Of a DNA stretch of 64,000 nt, positions 63,071 through 64,000 are shown one piece after another. The position numbers and the translations under genes are program-made. Within the stretch, counting starts at the first letter, position 1. Each line of letters begins with the position of its first letter. The notes under the pieces were generated by a model. The model did not search any database. It worked only from the letters and a program-made list of their open reading frames with translations, and was not told the DNA's origin. The DNA is from Bugula neritina (taxonomy: Eukaryota; Animalia; Bryozoa): NCBI GenBank assembly GCA_964035545.1, contig OZ037772.1, forward strand, positions 372,001 through 436,000, in the 5' to 3' direction.

Positions 63071-63832
63071 TGAACAGAAAGGGATAATGAGTCCCAAAAG
63101 ACACCCGGGATCTTACCATGGAGAGGAAGGGTTCACCCGATGTTGATGGCCTGCCTGGTATATCCGGCAATCCTGGAGATGCAGGAGAAAGGAGACCACC
63201 TTGTTTCTCAGGAGATACCGGACTTTTTGGAGAACCAGGTAATGTTTATGCTCAATTGAGTTTAATCTGTCAAGTTATGTTGGGATCTTTTCCGTTGTCG
63301 TTATTTTATGTTTGTTACGTGGAAAAAGGAAAAAACTCTGTCTTGGAGCATTTTGGTTTTTTCAGAGAGCTTTGGATTATTTGATTATGGTCTACACAGG
63401 GGTGTAGACAGACTAAACAACACAGGGGTGTAGACAAACTAAACTAGACAGGGGTGTAGACAGACTAAACAACACAGGGGTGTAGACAGACTAAACAACA
63501 CAGGGGTGTAGACAGACGAAACTACACAGGGCTGTAGACAGACTAGACTAACTAGTGGTCTAGATGGACTAAACCTACTACGAACTTACAATTACCTTGC
63601 GTCATGACGTCTCTATTCTCTCCTATAATTTGACCTTTATTTAGGGAGCAGATTTCTAGTGGGCTATTCTATAGTGACCAGTCACACTGTTTATTATAGC
63701 AACATAGAAATCAAGTTGAAAACTAGTTGCACCTGTTGTGATGCTATCAATGGGTGCTTACAGGTAGAGACGGAGTACCCGGACCTGTTCAGATCGGTTA
63801 TCAGGGTAAACAAGGAGATCAAGGTCCTGCAG
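63071..63832 (+). pseudogene. Fibrillar collagen pseudogene, copy 2 (first Gly-X-Y exons; continues beyond the window)
   Basis: Near-identical to 21981-22775, with the same Gly-to-D/R/C replacements. Confidence 0.85.
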
Positions 63833-64000
63833 GTAAAAATGAGGAGTTACTCACCCTTGCTTGTGTATTTCTGTTCTTTTTAGGTATTCTATAATATGCT
63901 GGGGTTTCCCTCACAGCTATTATATATGCTGGAATTCCCCTCACACCTATGATATATACCGGGGTTTCCCTCACAGCTATGCTATATGCTGGGGTTTTCC

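Larger units (their letters stand above)
33383..64000 (+). repeat. Tandem segmental duplication, unit 2 (with deletions and TE insertions)
   Basis: Colinear with 1-~22940. Lacks unit-1 ~10029-10214, ~13130-15670 and ~18757-20860; gains 48761-54146 and 54676-62234. Confidence 0.95.

Overview
AT-rich, intron-rich eukaryotic (invertebrate metazoan) genomic DNA; the species cannot be determined from the sequence. The window is about 1.7 turns of a ~33.4 kb tandem segmental duplication: position 1 aligns to 33383 and ~22940 aligns to 64000. Each unit holds an intact multi-exon TRIM gene (RING, two B-boxes, coiled coil, NHL-like beta-propeller; + strand), a 3'-truncated valyl-tRNA synthetase pseudogene (- strand) and a decayed fibrillar collagen (+ strand). 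Between the two TRIM copies the propeller exon differs at ~31 amino acids but only 3 synonymous codons, while the neighbouring intron differs by ~1.5%. This is a strong diversifying-selection signature. Unit 2 also carries nested young insertions: (i) a PIF/Harbinger-like MADF element; (ii) inside its first intron, a 4.1 kb pol-less LTR element with identical LTRs, a gag broken by a 311-bp-arm near-perfect inverted repeat, and a second intact three-zinc-knuckle/coiled-coil ORF; (iii) an intact 7.56 kb Ty3/Gypsy element with identical LTRs, a tRNA-Leu PBS and a clear -1 frameshift signal. The rest is minisatellites, MITE-like palindromes and LINE 3' fragments. All alignments, exon models and counts were done by eye.
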